NCBI GenBank assembly: GCA_965140515.1
Contig: OZ223251.1
Coordinates: 2,199,977-2,263,976, forward strand
DNA from: Bacteriovoracaceae bacterium
GTDB taxonomy: Bacteria; Bdellovibrionota; Bacteriovoracia; Bacteriovoracales; Bacteriovoracaceae
Direction of reading: 5' to 3'
DNA: 64,000 nucleotides
The notes under the pieces are model-generated. The model ran no database searches, was not told the DNA's origin, and was given only the letters and a program-made list of their open reading frames with translations. A program made the position numbers and the translations under genes. This document shows, piece by piece, positions 55,982 through 64,000 of this stretch; within the stretch, counting starts at the first letter, position 1, and each line of letters starts with the position of its first letter.

Positions 55982-56042
55982 AGACTAAAGCGAAAAAATT
56001 TTAATGTCGATAACTCATTGAGAATTAATAAAAGGATTGCCC

Positions 56043-56357
56043 GTGGGACTTGTAAAAAAACATAGCTCAAAAAGGCGCTACTTGCGCTATAAGTCCGCAC
56101 ACAATTTGCTGTGTGGATTATATTTTGGTGATGATCTTGAGATGTATTCCCCCGAAATTGTTGGGATTGTTTGTAATGAGAGCTATAAGGGATGTTCTTT
56201 TGCCACGGTTGCTTCCGAGAAGATCAAAAAGGGTCTTCATATTTGTATCCAGGTTGGAGAGTTGTCTCCAGTTGTAGGGGTTATTCGCTGGGTTAATGAG
56301 GTAGATGAGGATCTTTTTAAGGTTGGGGTCGAGTATTTGATCGACCATATTAAATAG
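56043..56357 (+). CDS. Single-domain PilZ protein (c-di-GMP receptor candidate)
   Basis: RRYLR (RxxxR) and NESYKG (D/NxSxxG) about 30 aa apart. GTG 56043 lies 6 nt after AAAGGA; the ORF track starts at TTG 56037. Confidence 0.6.
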   Translation: MGLVKKHSSKRRYLRYKSAHNLLCGLYFGDDLEMYSPEIVGIVCNESYKGCSFATVASEKIKKGLHICIQVGELSPVVGVIRWVNEVDEDLFKVGVEYLIDHIK

Positions 56358-56370
56358 GATTGGTTTTAAG

Positions 56371-56691
56371 ATGAATGATATGAAGAAAAGGCGTTACTAT
56401 CGTTTCGCTCCAGAGAAGAACACCTTAGCTAGTATTAGTTTTGGTGATGACCCATCCTTACATCGCCCAGAAATCGTTGGCCTTGTTTATGAAGAGGCCT
56501 ATAAAGGTTGTGGTCTCGTCTGTATTTATGATGAGCGACTCGCGATTGATTCAAAGTGTATTGTTGAGTGTGGAGATCTTAGTCCAACCACCTCTACTAT
56601 AAGGTGGGTTAAAAAGCTCGATGAGACTACTATTAAAATTGGGGTCGAGTACGATATTAAAGATGTGAGAACTGCAAAAGGAAATAAATAG
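56371..56691 (+). CDS. PilZ-like paralog with a degenerate second motif
   Basis: Clear paralog of 56043..56357 (FGDD, PEIVG, YKGC, GELSP/GDLSP, IRWV, GVEY). It keeps RRYYR, but the second motif reads EEAYKG. Confidence 0.55.
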   Translation: MNDMKKRRYYRFAPEKNTLASISFGDDPSLHRPEIVGLVYEEAYKGCGLVCIYDERLAIDSKCIVECGDLSPTTSTIRWVKKLDETTIKIGVEYDIKDVRTAKGNK

Positions 56692-56716
56692 GGCCTCATT
56701 AGAGGCCCATTTTTTT
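56691..56716. terminator. Bidirectional rho-independent terminator
   Basis: GGGCCTC-atta-GAGGCCC followed by ATTTTTTT, between convergent genes. Confidence 0.7.
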
Positions 56717-57452
56717 ATCCAATGATCTTATTTAGAAAATTTACTGGAAGTGGGAAGAATGTAGTGCTTTTGCCTTCTCCTGTTGAAATCTCTTTCATTG
56801 TATCGAGGTATCTAAGGACAATTGCATTTTCTTGTTTATTAAGAATCTCTGCCGCTTCAGCTAGTTTAATTGCTGCCGCATATTCACCTTCAGCAGAAAT
56901 CACTTTTGCTCTTTTTTGTCTTTCAGCTTGTGCTTGCTTGGCCATTGCACTTTGCATATCCATTGGAAGGTCAATAGCTTTTACTTCTACAGATGATACC
57001 TTTACTCCCCATGGTTCAGTTTGCTCATCAATGATTTGTTGAAGTTTTCCATTGATCGCTTCGCGCTGTGAGAGGATTTCATCTAGCTCAAACTGCCCAA
57101 TTACGGAACGAAGTGTTGTTTGCGCAATTTGTCCTGTTGCCATAATACAGTCTTCAACAGCAATGATTGCAAGCTCCGGATTTTCTACTCTGAAGTAAAC
57201 AACGCCATTAACCTTTAGGGTAACATTGTCCTTTGAGATAATATCCTGAGATGGGATATCCATTGTTACTGTTCTTAGGTCTACTCTTCGCATTTTTTGA
57301 ATTCCAGGGATCAAAACAATAAGTCCTGGGCCTTTAACTCCTGTAAAACGACCAAGAGTAAAAACAACAGCTCTTTCATATTCATTTAAAATTTTGATCG
57401 TCTGAAATAGTAAAATGAGTAAGATGACTAGAAATGGTATCCAAGCGTACAT
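56715..57452 (-). CDS. SPFH/band-7 (stomatin-like) membrane protein
   Basis: N-terminal TM helix, then the typical [18 protein letters not shown]...DLRT... SPFH pattern. Sits downstream of the NfeD gene. Confidence 0.85.
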   Translation of the reverse strand: MYAWIPFLVILLILLFQTIKILNEYERAVVFTLGRFTGVKGPGLIVLIPGIQKMRRVDLRTVTMDIPSQDIISKDNVTLKVNGVVYFRVENPELAIIAVEDCIMATGQIAQTTLRSVIGQFELDEILSQREAINGKLQQIIDEQTEPWGVKVSSVEVKAIDLPMDMQSAMAKQAQAERQKRAKVISAEGEYAAAIKLAEAAEILNKQENAIVLRYLDTMKEISTGEGKSTTFFPLPVNFLNKIIG

Positions 57453-57462
57453 AGTGGTCTCC

Positions 57463-58776
57463 TTATTTAATTATTAGTGTGATTGTTTCTTTGCTTTGTC
57501 CGGTGATCGTGCACTTATTTCCTATTTTTTGCTCTGAGCTGGAGGTTGCTTTCCAGCGCTCACCAGTTACTTTAACCAGGTAAGTATAGGTGTCTCCAGT
57601 ATGAGAAATTAGTTCAAGGACCTCTGCCTCTTTGCCTATCAGGCTAAAAAATTCTTTTTTCTCTTGAGAAAACTCTTTGATGAAAAAATAGGCAACGAAG
57701 CCGATGAAGGCGAGAACTCCTGCAATTGCAGACCAGATCGCAACCTCATTGATGGCCATAAAGGCATTATCGGTCTTAAAAAGTAGCATTGAACCTGTGA
57801 TGAGGGCCGCAATACCTGCAATTGAGAGTATTCCGTAACTAGTTATATAGATCTCAAGTATAAAGAGAATCATTGAGACCGCAACTAGGAGTAGTGCTCC
57901 TACATTCAGAGGTAAAACCTGAAAACCAATTCCTGCAATTACAAGAAAAAGAGCTCCGATGCTTCCGGCAATATAACCCCCCGGGGCCTGAAACTCGAGA
58001 TAGATCAGAGCTGCGCCTATAAGGAACAGAATATAGGCCATGGCAGGATTAGCAAAAAAGGCCAGAATTTGCTGAGATACTTTCATTTTGTATTCAATAA
58101 TAGAAGCAGAAGGAGAATTTAGCTTTAATTTCTCCCCTTTGATAAGAATGCTCTTGCCGTTCAATTCTTTAAGTATATCTGCTTCTGTATTGGCGATTCC
58201 ATCAATTACATTACCTTTTAGCGCTTCTCTTGCTGTAAATGATTTTCCTTCTGAGATCATTTCTCCAAATAGCTTCCCATTTCTTCCTCTTACATCGGAA
58301 AGACCTTTTACTAGGGCAACAAGGTCATTAATGGCCTTGGTTCTAGCATCACTCTCTTTGATATCCCCGCTCATTTGGATTGGAGTTGCTGCACCGATAT
58401 TTGTTCCGTCTGACATATAAAGAAGGTGTGCCCCACATGAAATAATTGAGCCCGCACTTGTAGCAGACGCTCCCTCTGGAGTAACCCAAACGATAACTGG
58501 ATAAGGGCTTGAACCAAACATGGTTAAAATGTCTTTTGTTGTTGTAACGAGGCCGCCAGGAGTGTTCATAGTGATGAGAGCAGCTTCAGCTCCAGATTCT
58601 GGACCAAGTCGATCAATTCCGCTTTTTAAATAGTCATAAGTCGCAGGCGTAATTGGCGAATTAATCTCCATCTTTAAGATTTTTGTTACCTTCAATTCTT
58701 TTGTCTTCTCAGCGGAATATGCGGAAGACATTAGTAAGAATGATAGAAGAGTTGTAAGCAAAACCTTGAAATACAT
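57463..58776 (-). CDS. NfeD-family membrane-bound ClpP-class serine protease
   Basis: Signal peptide, ClpP-like domain (INSPITPAT.., MNTPGGLV), central polytopic region and a C-terminal OB-like NfeD tail. Classic NfeD-stomatin gene pair. Confidence 0.8.
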   Translation of the reverse strand: MYFKVLLTTLLSFLLMSSAYSAEKTKELKVTKILKMEINSPITPATYDYLKSGIDRLGPESGAEAALITMNTPGGLVTTTKDILTMFGSSPYPVIVWVTPEGASATSAGSIISCGAHLLYMSDGTNIGAATPIQMSGDIKESDARTKAINDLVALVKGLSDVRGRNGKLFGEMISEGKSFTAREALKGNVIDGIANTEADILKELNGKSILIKGEKLKLNSPSASIIEYKMKVSQQILAFFANPAMAYILFLIGAALIYLEFQAPGGYIAGSIGALFLVIAGIGFQVLPLNVGALLLVAVSMILFILEIYITSYGILSIAGIAALITGSMLLFKTDNAFMAINEVAIWSAIAGVLAFIGFVAYFFIKEFSQEKKEFFSLIGKEAEVLELISHTGDTYTYLVKVTGERWKATSSSEQKIGNKCTITGQSKETITLIIK

Positions 58777-58831
58777 GTTCTTTTCCTTTATTTTTAGTAA
58801 GTATTTATATTTTCGTTACAAGGAGCCCTTT

Positions 58832-60166
58832 TTGCAACAACCACTTTATAAAATTTTTCTTTGCGATATCTTAAACCCTATCTCTGATAAAAAATGTCAG
58901 TTAATCCGAAATGGTGCGATTGTTACAAAATTATCTGTTAGTAAGGCAAATAATGAACCTACATACAAATTCGTTGAACTAGGTAAAGAGAGCAAAGTTC
59001 TAAAGAACTATATTACTAAAAAATCGATTGAAGTTGTAGACATGGTTGGTCAGATTGCGATGCCTTCATTTTTTGATACTCATTTTCACTGGGTTCAAGA
59101 TGATGTTCGTGAGATGCCAAAAGCAAACCTACTAAAGTGGCTAGAGAACTACACGTGGCCATATGAGTCAAAATTTAGGGAAAAAGGCTACTCCAAAGCT
59201 AAGGCAAAAGAGTTTTCACAAAAACTTTTAAGAGTAGGGACTCTTGGTGGGGCCTGTTACGCTTCTCTTCACGGACACAGCGCTGATGATGCCATTAAAG
59301 AGTTTGTAGGAGATTTTACCGTTGGTAATGTTTTGATGGATATTAATTCTCCTGATTACCTCACTCACACTGCTAAGCAAGCGATGAAACTTGTGGACAA
59401 GCAGACTGAAAAATTTGGACCGAAGTACGCCGTTACTCCACGCTTTGCGATTACCACTTCACCAGAAGTTATGATTCATGGTGCGAAAATGGCCAAGAAG
59501 AATAAGTCTTTTATTCAGACCCATCTTTGTGAAACAAAGAATGAGATTGACTTTGTTCTTTCAATTTATAGAAACATTAAAGGATTTGAGAAGGTTAAGA
59601 GTTATACTGAGATCTATAAGAAGTGTAAGGTTCTTGGACCAAAAACAATTATGGGACACTGTATCCATATGACTCAAGAAGAATTAGATATGATGAGCAA
59701 ATCAAAAACTGCAGTTGCTCACTGTCCAACTTCTAATGGACCGATTAAAGAGCTTGGACTTGGTTCTGGCCTCTTTGATTTTAAAAAAGCTGAGAAGAAT
59801 AAGATTAGATGGTCATTGGCATCTGATATCGGTGGTGGCCCATTTCTATCAATGTTTGATGTTATGCGATCATTTGTTTCTCAAAATAAGAGTAAGAAAG
59901 TTACGGGAGCTACATTTGTTAAAGCATTATACCGCGCAACTGTTGCTGGAGCTGAGCTTTTAGGAATTGAGAAATCTAATGGAAATTTCGAAAAAGGAAA
60001 AAAGGCCAATATGATTTTTGTCGACACTCCTAAAGTTATAACTGGGGAGAGTGCAGAATCTGTTCTTGAAAAAATCGTGATGAGTAAGGCCAAGAAGAGA
60101 GATCAATATATTGATCTAGTGAATTTTACTTACTTTGAAGGAAAAGAAGTTTTCTCTAGAAATTAA
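58832..60166 (+). CDS. guaD: Guanine-deaminase-like amidohydrolase
   Basis: FFDTHFHWVQ (HxH), THLCETKNE, GHCIHM and ASDIGGG. TTG 58832 lies 6 nt after AGGAG. The ORF-track start 58766 overlaps the NfeD start. Confidence 0.7.
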   Translation: MQQPLYKIFLCDILNPISDKKCQLIRNGAIVTKLSVSKANNEPTYKFVELGKESKVLKNYITKKSIEVVDMVGQIAMPSFFDTHFHWVQDDVREMPKANLLKWLENYTWPYESKFREKGYSKAKAKEFSQKLLRVGTLGGACYASLHGHSADDAIKEFVGDFTVGNVLMDINSPDYLTHTAKQAMKLVDKQTEKFGPKYAVTPRFAITTSPEVMIHGAKMAKKNKSFIQTHLCETKNEIDFVLSIYRNIKGFEKVKSYTEIYKKCKVLGPKTIMGHCIHMTQEELDMMSKSKTAVAHCPTSNGPIKELGLGSGLFDFKKAEKNKIRWSLASDIGGGPFLSMFDVMRSFVSQNKSKKVTGATFVKALYRATVAGAELLGIEKSNGNFEKGKKANMIFVDTPKVITGESAESVLEKIVMSKAKKRDQYIDLVNFTYFEGKEVFSRN

Positions 60167-60181
60167 TCATAAGTAGGGGGC

Positions 60182-60769
60182 CTAATGTAGGGCCCCTATC
60201 CATTTCCAGCCTTTGTCCATATCCACTTCAATTTCAAAAATTTTACAGTTTCCAATATTGAGCGTTTTCGGATCAACATCCGAGATATCGCAAAGAATTC
60301 TAAAAATTAGGTATCCATGGGTTGAAACTGCAATTCTATCTACAGGGTGTTTATCTAAAAAGTCTTGGATATATTTTCTTGCTCTTGCAGATGCAATGCG
60401 CTTTGGCTCACCTCCCGGGAACTTGAAGTCGGGTCCACCTCTGAACCATTCTCTTAGAACGTCCTCTCCCCAAATTTCTTTGACTTCATCTTGAGTCTTC
60501 CCCTGCGCTTCGCCTAAATTGGCCTCTCTTAGCTGGTCTGAGTAGTAAATTGGGATATCTAGTTCTTCCAAAGATAGTGTTGTAGTCATCACAGCTCTTT
60601 TTAAGTCGCTGGAGAGTACTGCTTGTGGAGCTAGCTTCTCAAGTTGGTCCTTAAGCCCTATTGCTTGTTTCTTTCCCTCTTCATTTAGAGGGATGTCGAG
60701 ATGTCCTTGAAATCTTTTTTCTTTATTCCACTCAGTTTCGCCGTGGCGAAAAATATAAATTGTTGTCAT
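60182..60769 (-). CDS. Histidine-phosphatase (phosphoglycerate-mutase-like) family protein
   Basis: IFRHGETEWN (RHG motif) and a later STHG. ATG 60769 follows GAGG; the ORF track starts at 60781. Confidence 0.8.
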   Translation of the reverse strand: MTTIYIFRHGETEWNKEKRFQGHLDIPLNEEGKKQAIGLKDQLEKLAPQAVLSSDLKRAVMTTTLSLEELDIPIYYSDQLREANLGEAQGKTQDEVKEIWGEDVLREWFRGGPDFKFPGGEPKRIASARARKYIQDFLDKHPVDRIAVSTHGYLIFRILCDISDVDPKTLNIGNCKIFEIEVDMDKGWKWIGALH

Positions 60770-60951
60770 TAGAAACCTCATCGATATCTTTGTTTGCTAG
60801 TTTAACTTATTAGTCCCACATATCAACTGACAATGTGCTTTTTTTGACACTTAAGTGCTCGAAAATTCGTAATTGTGAAGCATGGCGTGTTGAGGTTTTA
60901 GCTAATTTTAGTTATAAATTTTGGACGCACATTTATCAAAAGGACGCCACA

Positions 60952-62166
60952 TTGACCTACTCACTAGAATTCCTTAAAGAGATCCCTAAAACCGACCTGC
61001 ACCTTCATTTAGATGGCTCAATCCGCCTTAATACTTTGATTGAAATAGCGCAGAGGGAGGGATTAGAACTTCCTTCTTATACTGAAGAAGGGCTTCGAGA
61101 GCTAGTCTTTAAATCAAACTACAACTCTCTTGTGGACTATCTCAAAGGTTTTATCTATACAACTAGTGTTTTTACTAGCGCTGAAAATATTGAGCGGATT
61201 GGATATGAGCTTGCTATTGATAATCAGCAAGAAGGTGTTCGCTATATTGAGGTACGATTCGCACCTCAACTTTTCATGAACAAAGACATGTCGATGAAAG
61301 ATATCTTTGTTGCTCTTGATAATGGACTGAGAAGGGCCGCGAAGGAGTTTAATCAAAGATCTGAAGTGCTTTATGGCAGTGAGCCTCCATTTAGATATGG
61401 GATCATTGGCTGTGCAATGAGAATGTTTGGACCTCATCAGTCTCCATATTATTCACAGTTATTTGAGCTATTTCCTTTTCATCGCTCAAAGGAAGTTTAT
61501 CGTTTGGCCGCAATGGAGCTGGCCAAAGGAATGATAAAGATAAGAGATGAGCTGGGTATTCCTATCGTTGGCTACGATCTGGCGGGACCGGAATCAGGCT
61601 TCCCAGCTGAGGACTACAATGAAGTCTACAGTTATGTTCATAAGAATTTTATGCAAAAGACTGTACACTCTGGTGAAGCCTATGGGGCAGAAAGTATTTT
61701 CCAGGCAATCACTGATTTAAATGCGGATAGAATTGGTCATGGCTTCTATCTTTTTGACGAATCAAAAGTTGTTCATCCAGATATCAAAGATAAAAAGAGC
61801 TATATTGAGAACTTGTCATCTTTTGTTGCTGATAGACAGATCGCTGTTGAGGTTTGTTTAACAAGCAATATTCAAACTAATCCAGAGCTATTTAATATCA
61901 AAGACCACTCTTTGAAGTATATGCTAGAGAGAAGAATTGCCACTACCATCTGTACTGATAACAGATTGGTATCAAATACGACTGTGACTAATGAATATCG
62001 TTTGGCCGTTGAAAACTTTGATATTCCACCAAGAATCCTGAAGGATATTGTCGCTTACGGCTTTGAGAAGAGTTTTAGTCGCGTTCCTTATGTCGAAAAA
62101 AGAAAGTATTCTCGTCAGGTAATGCAGTATTACGATAAGATCGCTGAAAAGCATAATATTGGTTAA
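60952..62166 (+). CDS. add: Adenosine deaminase
   Basis: PKTDLHLHLDGS, VHSGEA, RIGHG and CTDN. TTG 60952 lies 7 nt after AAGGA. The ORF-track extension from 60835 has no ADA-like sequence. Confidence 0.8.
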   Translation: MTYSLEFLKEIPKTDLHLHLDGSIRLNTLIEIAQREGLELPSYTEEGLRELVFKSNYNSLVDYLKGFIYTTSVFTSAENIERIGYELAIDNQQEGVRYIEVRFAPQLFMNKDMSMKDIFVALDNGLRRAAKEFNQRSEVLYGSEPPFRYGIIGCAMRMFGPHQSPYYSQLFELFPFHRSKEVYRLAAMELAKGMIKIRDELGIPIVGYDLAGPESGFPAEDYNEVYSYVHKNFMQKTVHSGEAYGAESIFQAITDLNADRIGHGFYLFDESKVVHPDIKDKKSYIENLSSFVADRQIAVEVCLTSNIQTNPELFNIKDHSLKYMLERRIATTICTDNRLVSNTTVTNEYRLAVENFDIPPRILKDIVAYGFEKSFSRVPYVEKRKYSRQVMQYYDKIAEKHNIG

Positions 62167-62211
62167 GCTTTTTTTTCTTGTATCTTGAGCAGGGCATAAT
62201 AAAATTATTCA

Positions 62212-62781
62212 ATGGCAGGTAGAACTAAGTTTCTTCTGATTCTCGGAGCTCTTTTCGTTCTATTGATTTTCAATAGTCGATTTTTTGTATTAGGTCATGA
62301 TTTTAAGATTATTGCCGCGGGAAATGTCGAGGGGATAGATGGTGATATCTATGTCATCTATTCTCCCAATCTTACAAGTGAGTCCGCACGTATCAATACA
62401 ATACGCAAAGCCGCCTATCGTATCTATAGAAGATACTTCAAGTCACCCGTTACCATTTACCTAAGTCCTTACAAAAAGAACTACGGCGTCTTTCTCGCTA
62501 AAGTTAAAGCGAGTTGCGCAGGCGGGCTTTGTTTTAGTTACGGACTAGCTTCTACTGGTGTAGATATTGGTTCAAAAGAGCAGAAGTACATTTCTCGCTA
62601 TCATGAGCTCGCCAAGAGTAGGCAAAGCTTTGATGAGAAAGGAATACTACCTCGGCTTTACAAAGAAATGGGGAGAAGTGAGGTGGACAGGATTCACTCC
62701 AAGCTCGGGGATGAGCTAATCTTTGGGCCTTTCTTTCTCACTAATGAATTTCATGAGCGAGAAATTGAAAGTATTTTTTAA
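62212..62781 (+). CDS. Membrane-anchored hypothetical protein (189 aa)
   Basis: N-terminal hydrophobic helix FLLILGALFVLLIF. No family recognised. Confidence 0.45.
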   Translation: MAGRTKFLLILGALFVLLIFNSRFFVLGHDFKIIAAGNVEGIDGDIYVIYSPNLTSESARINTIRKAAYRIYRRYFKSPVTIYLSPYKKNYGVFLAKVKASCAGGLCFSYGLASTGVDIGSKEQKYISRYHELAKSRQSFDEKGILPRLYKEMGRSEVDRIHSKLGDELIFGPFFLTNEFHEREIESIF

Positions 62782-63002
62782 TCTCTTTTGGTTCCTCTAA
62801 TTTTACACTCAATCTTTGAGAAGGTTTCAGTCGTAATCCTTTTTTTTCCATTAAAGAGTTTTGAAAGGTAACCAGGAGAAATTTCTAGGTATCTCGCAAA
62901 TGCTCTCAATGAAAAGTTTGGATTTCTCTGCTTCTTTTCTTCAAAAATCCGTCTAATCCAAGTTATTTTTTCACATTCTTGTTCCATGAAACAATTGTAC
63001 AA
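62778..63002 (-). CDS. Short HTH protein resembling the N-terminus of the TIGR02147 family
   Basis: KKQRNPNFSLRAFARYLEISPGYLSKLFNGKKRIT matches the conserved N-terminal HTH of that family as I remember it. It is only 74 aa, so the C-terminal domain is absent. Confidence 0.5.
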   Translation of the reverse strand: MYNCFMEQECEKITWIRRIFEEKKQRNPNFSLRAFARYLEISPGYLSKLFNGKKRITTETFSKIECKIRGTKRD

Positions 63003-63089
63003 TAGGATCTATTCAATATAAGTAAGTGCAGTGACATAAACAGCGCTTTTATTTCACCGAAAGTGTTTCTTTGTTTCCAGGATTGTGAT

Positions 63090-63128
63090 CAAAAAATGAA
63101 AAGGCCAGCAATTTTGAATTACTGGCCT
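63090..63128 (-). terminator. Rho-independent terminator candidate
   Basis: On the minus strand: AGGCCAG-13 nt-CTGGCCT followed by TTTTCATTTTTT, downstream of the 63149 stop. Confidence 0.45.
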
Positions 63129-63148
63129 ATTGATTTGTCGTATATTTA

Positions 63149-64000
63149 TTATTGCGCGCTATCGATTAGCTTATTGAGGTCTTGCACCTTGGTTCTCTTT
63201 CTGCGCTTATCTTCTTTTTTCTTTTTAACAGTTGAGTCCTTTTTCATTTCCTGCTTTGCCGCATCGTCTTTATCGGTCTTTTTGATTTTATATTCGATCA
63301 GGTTTCCGTTTTTATCTACTACTGGTTCATAGATGACAACAATTTCTTCACCAGTTGCTGAGATCTCAGTTGTATAGATTGGAGCGCCATTACTTTCTTT
63401 AAAAATTTGATTGAGCTGTTGCTTGTCACTAAAGTTTAACTGCTCTTTTGAAACATAGACTGCATTCTTTACACCTACCGAATCAAGGTAAGTCGAGAAT
63501 GAACCCTTAATAGAGCTGTCTCTCATTGGCGTTGCGTTCATTGAGTTTGCACCACTCATCTGTCCTGAGTTTGATTGTGCTGATGGTGCCGTGGCCGATC
63601 TTGTCATTGCTGAATCACTTGAAGGACTCGATGGGACGCCACGTCCTCCCGTGGTGTTGCTGAAAAGTGATGGTCTTGCTTGTGTTTGGGGCTTCTCTGA
63701 GGCACTTGTAGTTGCTTGTGGGCGTTGTTCTCTCTTGAGCTCTTTTAGTTTCTTTTTGAGATCATTGGCCTTGGCAATGAGTTCTTTGTTATCGCTTTTA
63801 ACTTCATCAGGGTCTTCACCAGTTGTGCCTTTCATATTGGCCTCAATCTGGTCTTCTAGTTGCTTCAGAAGCATCTCATATTTTTTTGCCTCTGGTGATA
63901 CTGTTGGTGCTTGTTGAGCGCTTTGTGATGTCACCTCTTCTGGAGCAGAGCTTTCCTTTTCTGAGGGGTCTGTGCTTTTTCCAATTATGGTGTTGGTTAT
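63149..64000 (-). CDS. Low-complexity S/T/Q/P-rich protein with a basic C-terminal tail; probably continues beyond the right edge
   Basis: The ORF track gives GTG 63934. The frame stays open to 64000 (my translation: ITNTIIGKSTDPSEKESSAPEE-VTSQS...), so the real N-terminus may lie outside the window. Confidence 0.45.
   Translation of the reverse strand: MTNTIIGKSTDPSEKESSAPEEVTSQSAQQAPTVSPEAKKYEMLLKQLEDQIEANMKGTTGEDPDEVKSDNKELIAKANDLKKKLKELKREQRPQATTSASEKPQTQARPSLFSNTTGGRGVPSSPSSDSAMTRSATAPSAQSNSGQMSGANSMNATPMRDSSIKGSFSTYLDSVGVKNAVYVSKEQLNFSDKQQLNQIFKESNGAPIYTTEISATGEEIVVIYEPVVDKNGNLIEYKIKKTDKDDAAKQEMKKDSTVKKKKEDKRRKRTKVQDLNKLIDSAQ

Noticed and set aside
60175-60197. Hairpin AGGGGGCC...GGGCCCCT between guaD-like and the histidine-phosphatase gene, considered as a terminator
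   Set aside because: The stem is interrupted (5 bp, a G-G mismatch, then 2 bp). It overlaps the stop codon of the minus-strand gene and has no T-tract, so it is too weak to call.
63149-63934. Low-complexity S/T/Q/P-rich ORF considered as a non-coding repeat region or a spurious ORF
   Set aside because: The DNA shows no tandem-repeat periodicity. The C-terminal third is ordinary, structured-looking sequence, and a terminator-like hairpin follows the stop. It was kept as a CDS, though possibly 5'-incomplete.
1-64000. CRISPR arrays, tRNA/rRNA genes, IS elements, integrases, prophage or defence-island signatures
   Set aside because: I looked through every intergenic gap over 80 nt (for example 7378-7566, 8808-9167, 19300-19498, 29244-29393, 31361-31558, 42829-42974, 55886-56036 and 63003-63148). 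I saw no regularly spaced repeats, no cloverleaf-like GC-rich segments, no terminal inverted repeats and no transposase- or recombinase-like ORFs. By-eye scanning cannot exclude small ncRNAs.

Overview
This is a visibly AT-rich, very tightly packed chromosomal segment of a Gram-negative bacterium. I count about 70 protein-coding genes, many with 1-14 nt start/stop overlaps, and GC-rich hairpin terminators at most operon ends. I found no rRNA, tRNA, CRISPR array, transposase/integrase or prophage signature. All calls come from reading the supplied ORF translations and the DNA by eye (motifs, signal peptides, gene order); nothing was searched against a database. Several supplied ORF starts were moved to an internal start with a better Shine-Dalgarno.

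Recognisable content:
- Sulfur and redox: cysE-cysK; a CoA-disulfide-reductase/rhodanese fusion followed by a split YeeE/YedE sulfur transporter.
- Catabolism: an indolepyruvate:ferredoxin oxidoreductase pair plus an ADP-forming acyl-CoA synthetase; a class-3-like aldehyde dehydrogenase.
- Nucleotides and RNA: guanine and adenosine deaminases; a DEAD-box helicase.
- c-di-GMP parts: an HD-GYP protein with an AD instead of HD dyad; two tandem single-domain PilZ genes.
- Membrane and envelope: an NfeD/SPFH pair, CorA-like, EamA, AEC and CPBP membrane proteins, a lipocalin, a PAP2 phosphatase.
- Other: a CAT-type acetyltransferase.
- Many signal-peptide proteins: two V8/trypsin-like proteases, an HExxH protease, a zinc-PLC-like protein, a 2H phosphoesterase.

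The many secreted hydrolases, the TIGR02147-like HTH and the low GC suggest a Bdellovibrio-and-like predatory lineage. This is inference only.

Two loci stand out:
1. 47838-55885 (minus strand): an eight-gene, translationally coupled operon. A canonical oleA-oleB-oleC-oleD olefin (beta-lactone) pathway is preceded by its own KAS I/II, its own ACP and a CrtI-like flavoenzyme, under a MarR/GbsR-type regulator.
2. 21636-30590 (minus strand): seven consecutive signal-peptide ORFs. Six match no family I recognise; one shows a weak NlpC/P60-like signature. The array includes a divergent tandem paralog pair and a C9 homopolymer tract.

Smaller oddities are listed as separate findings.
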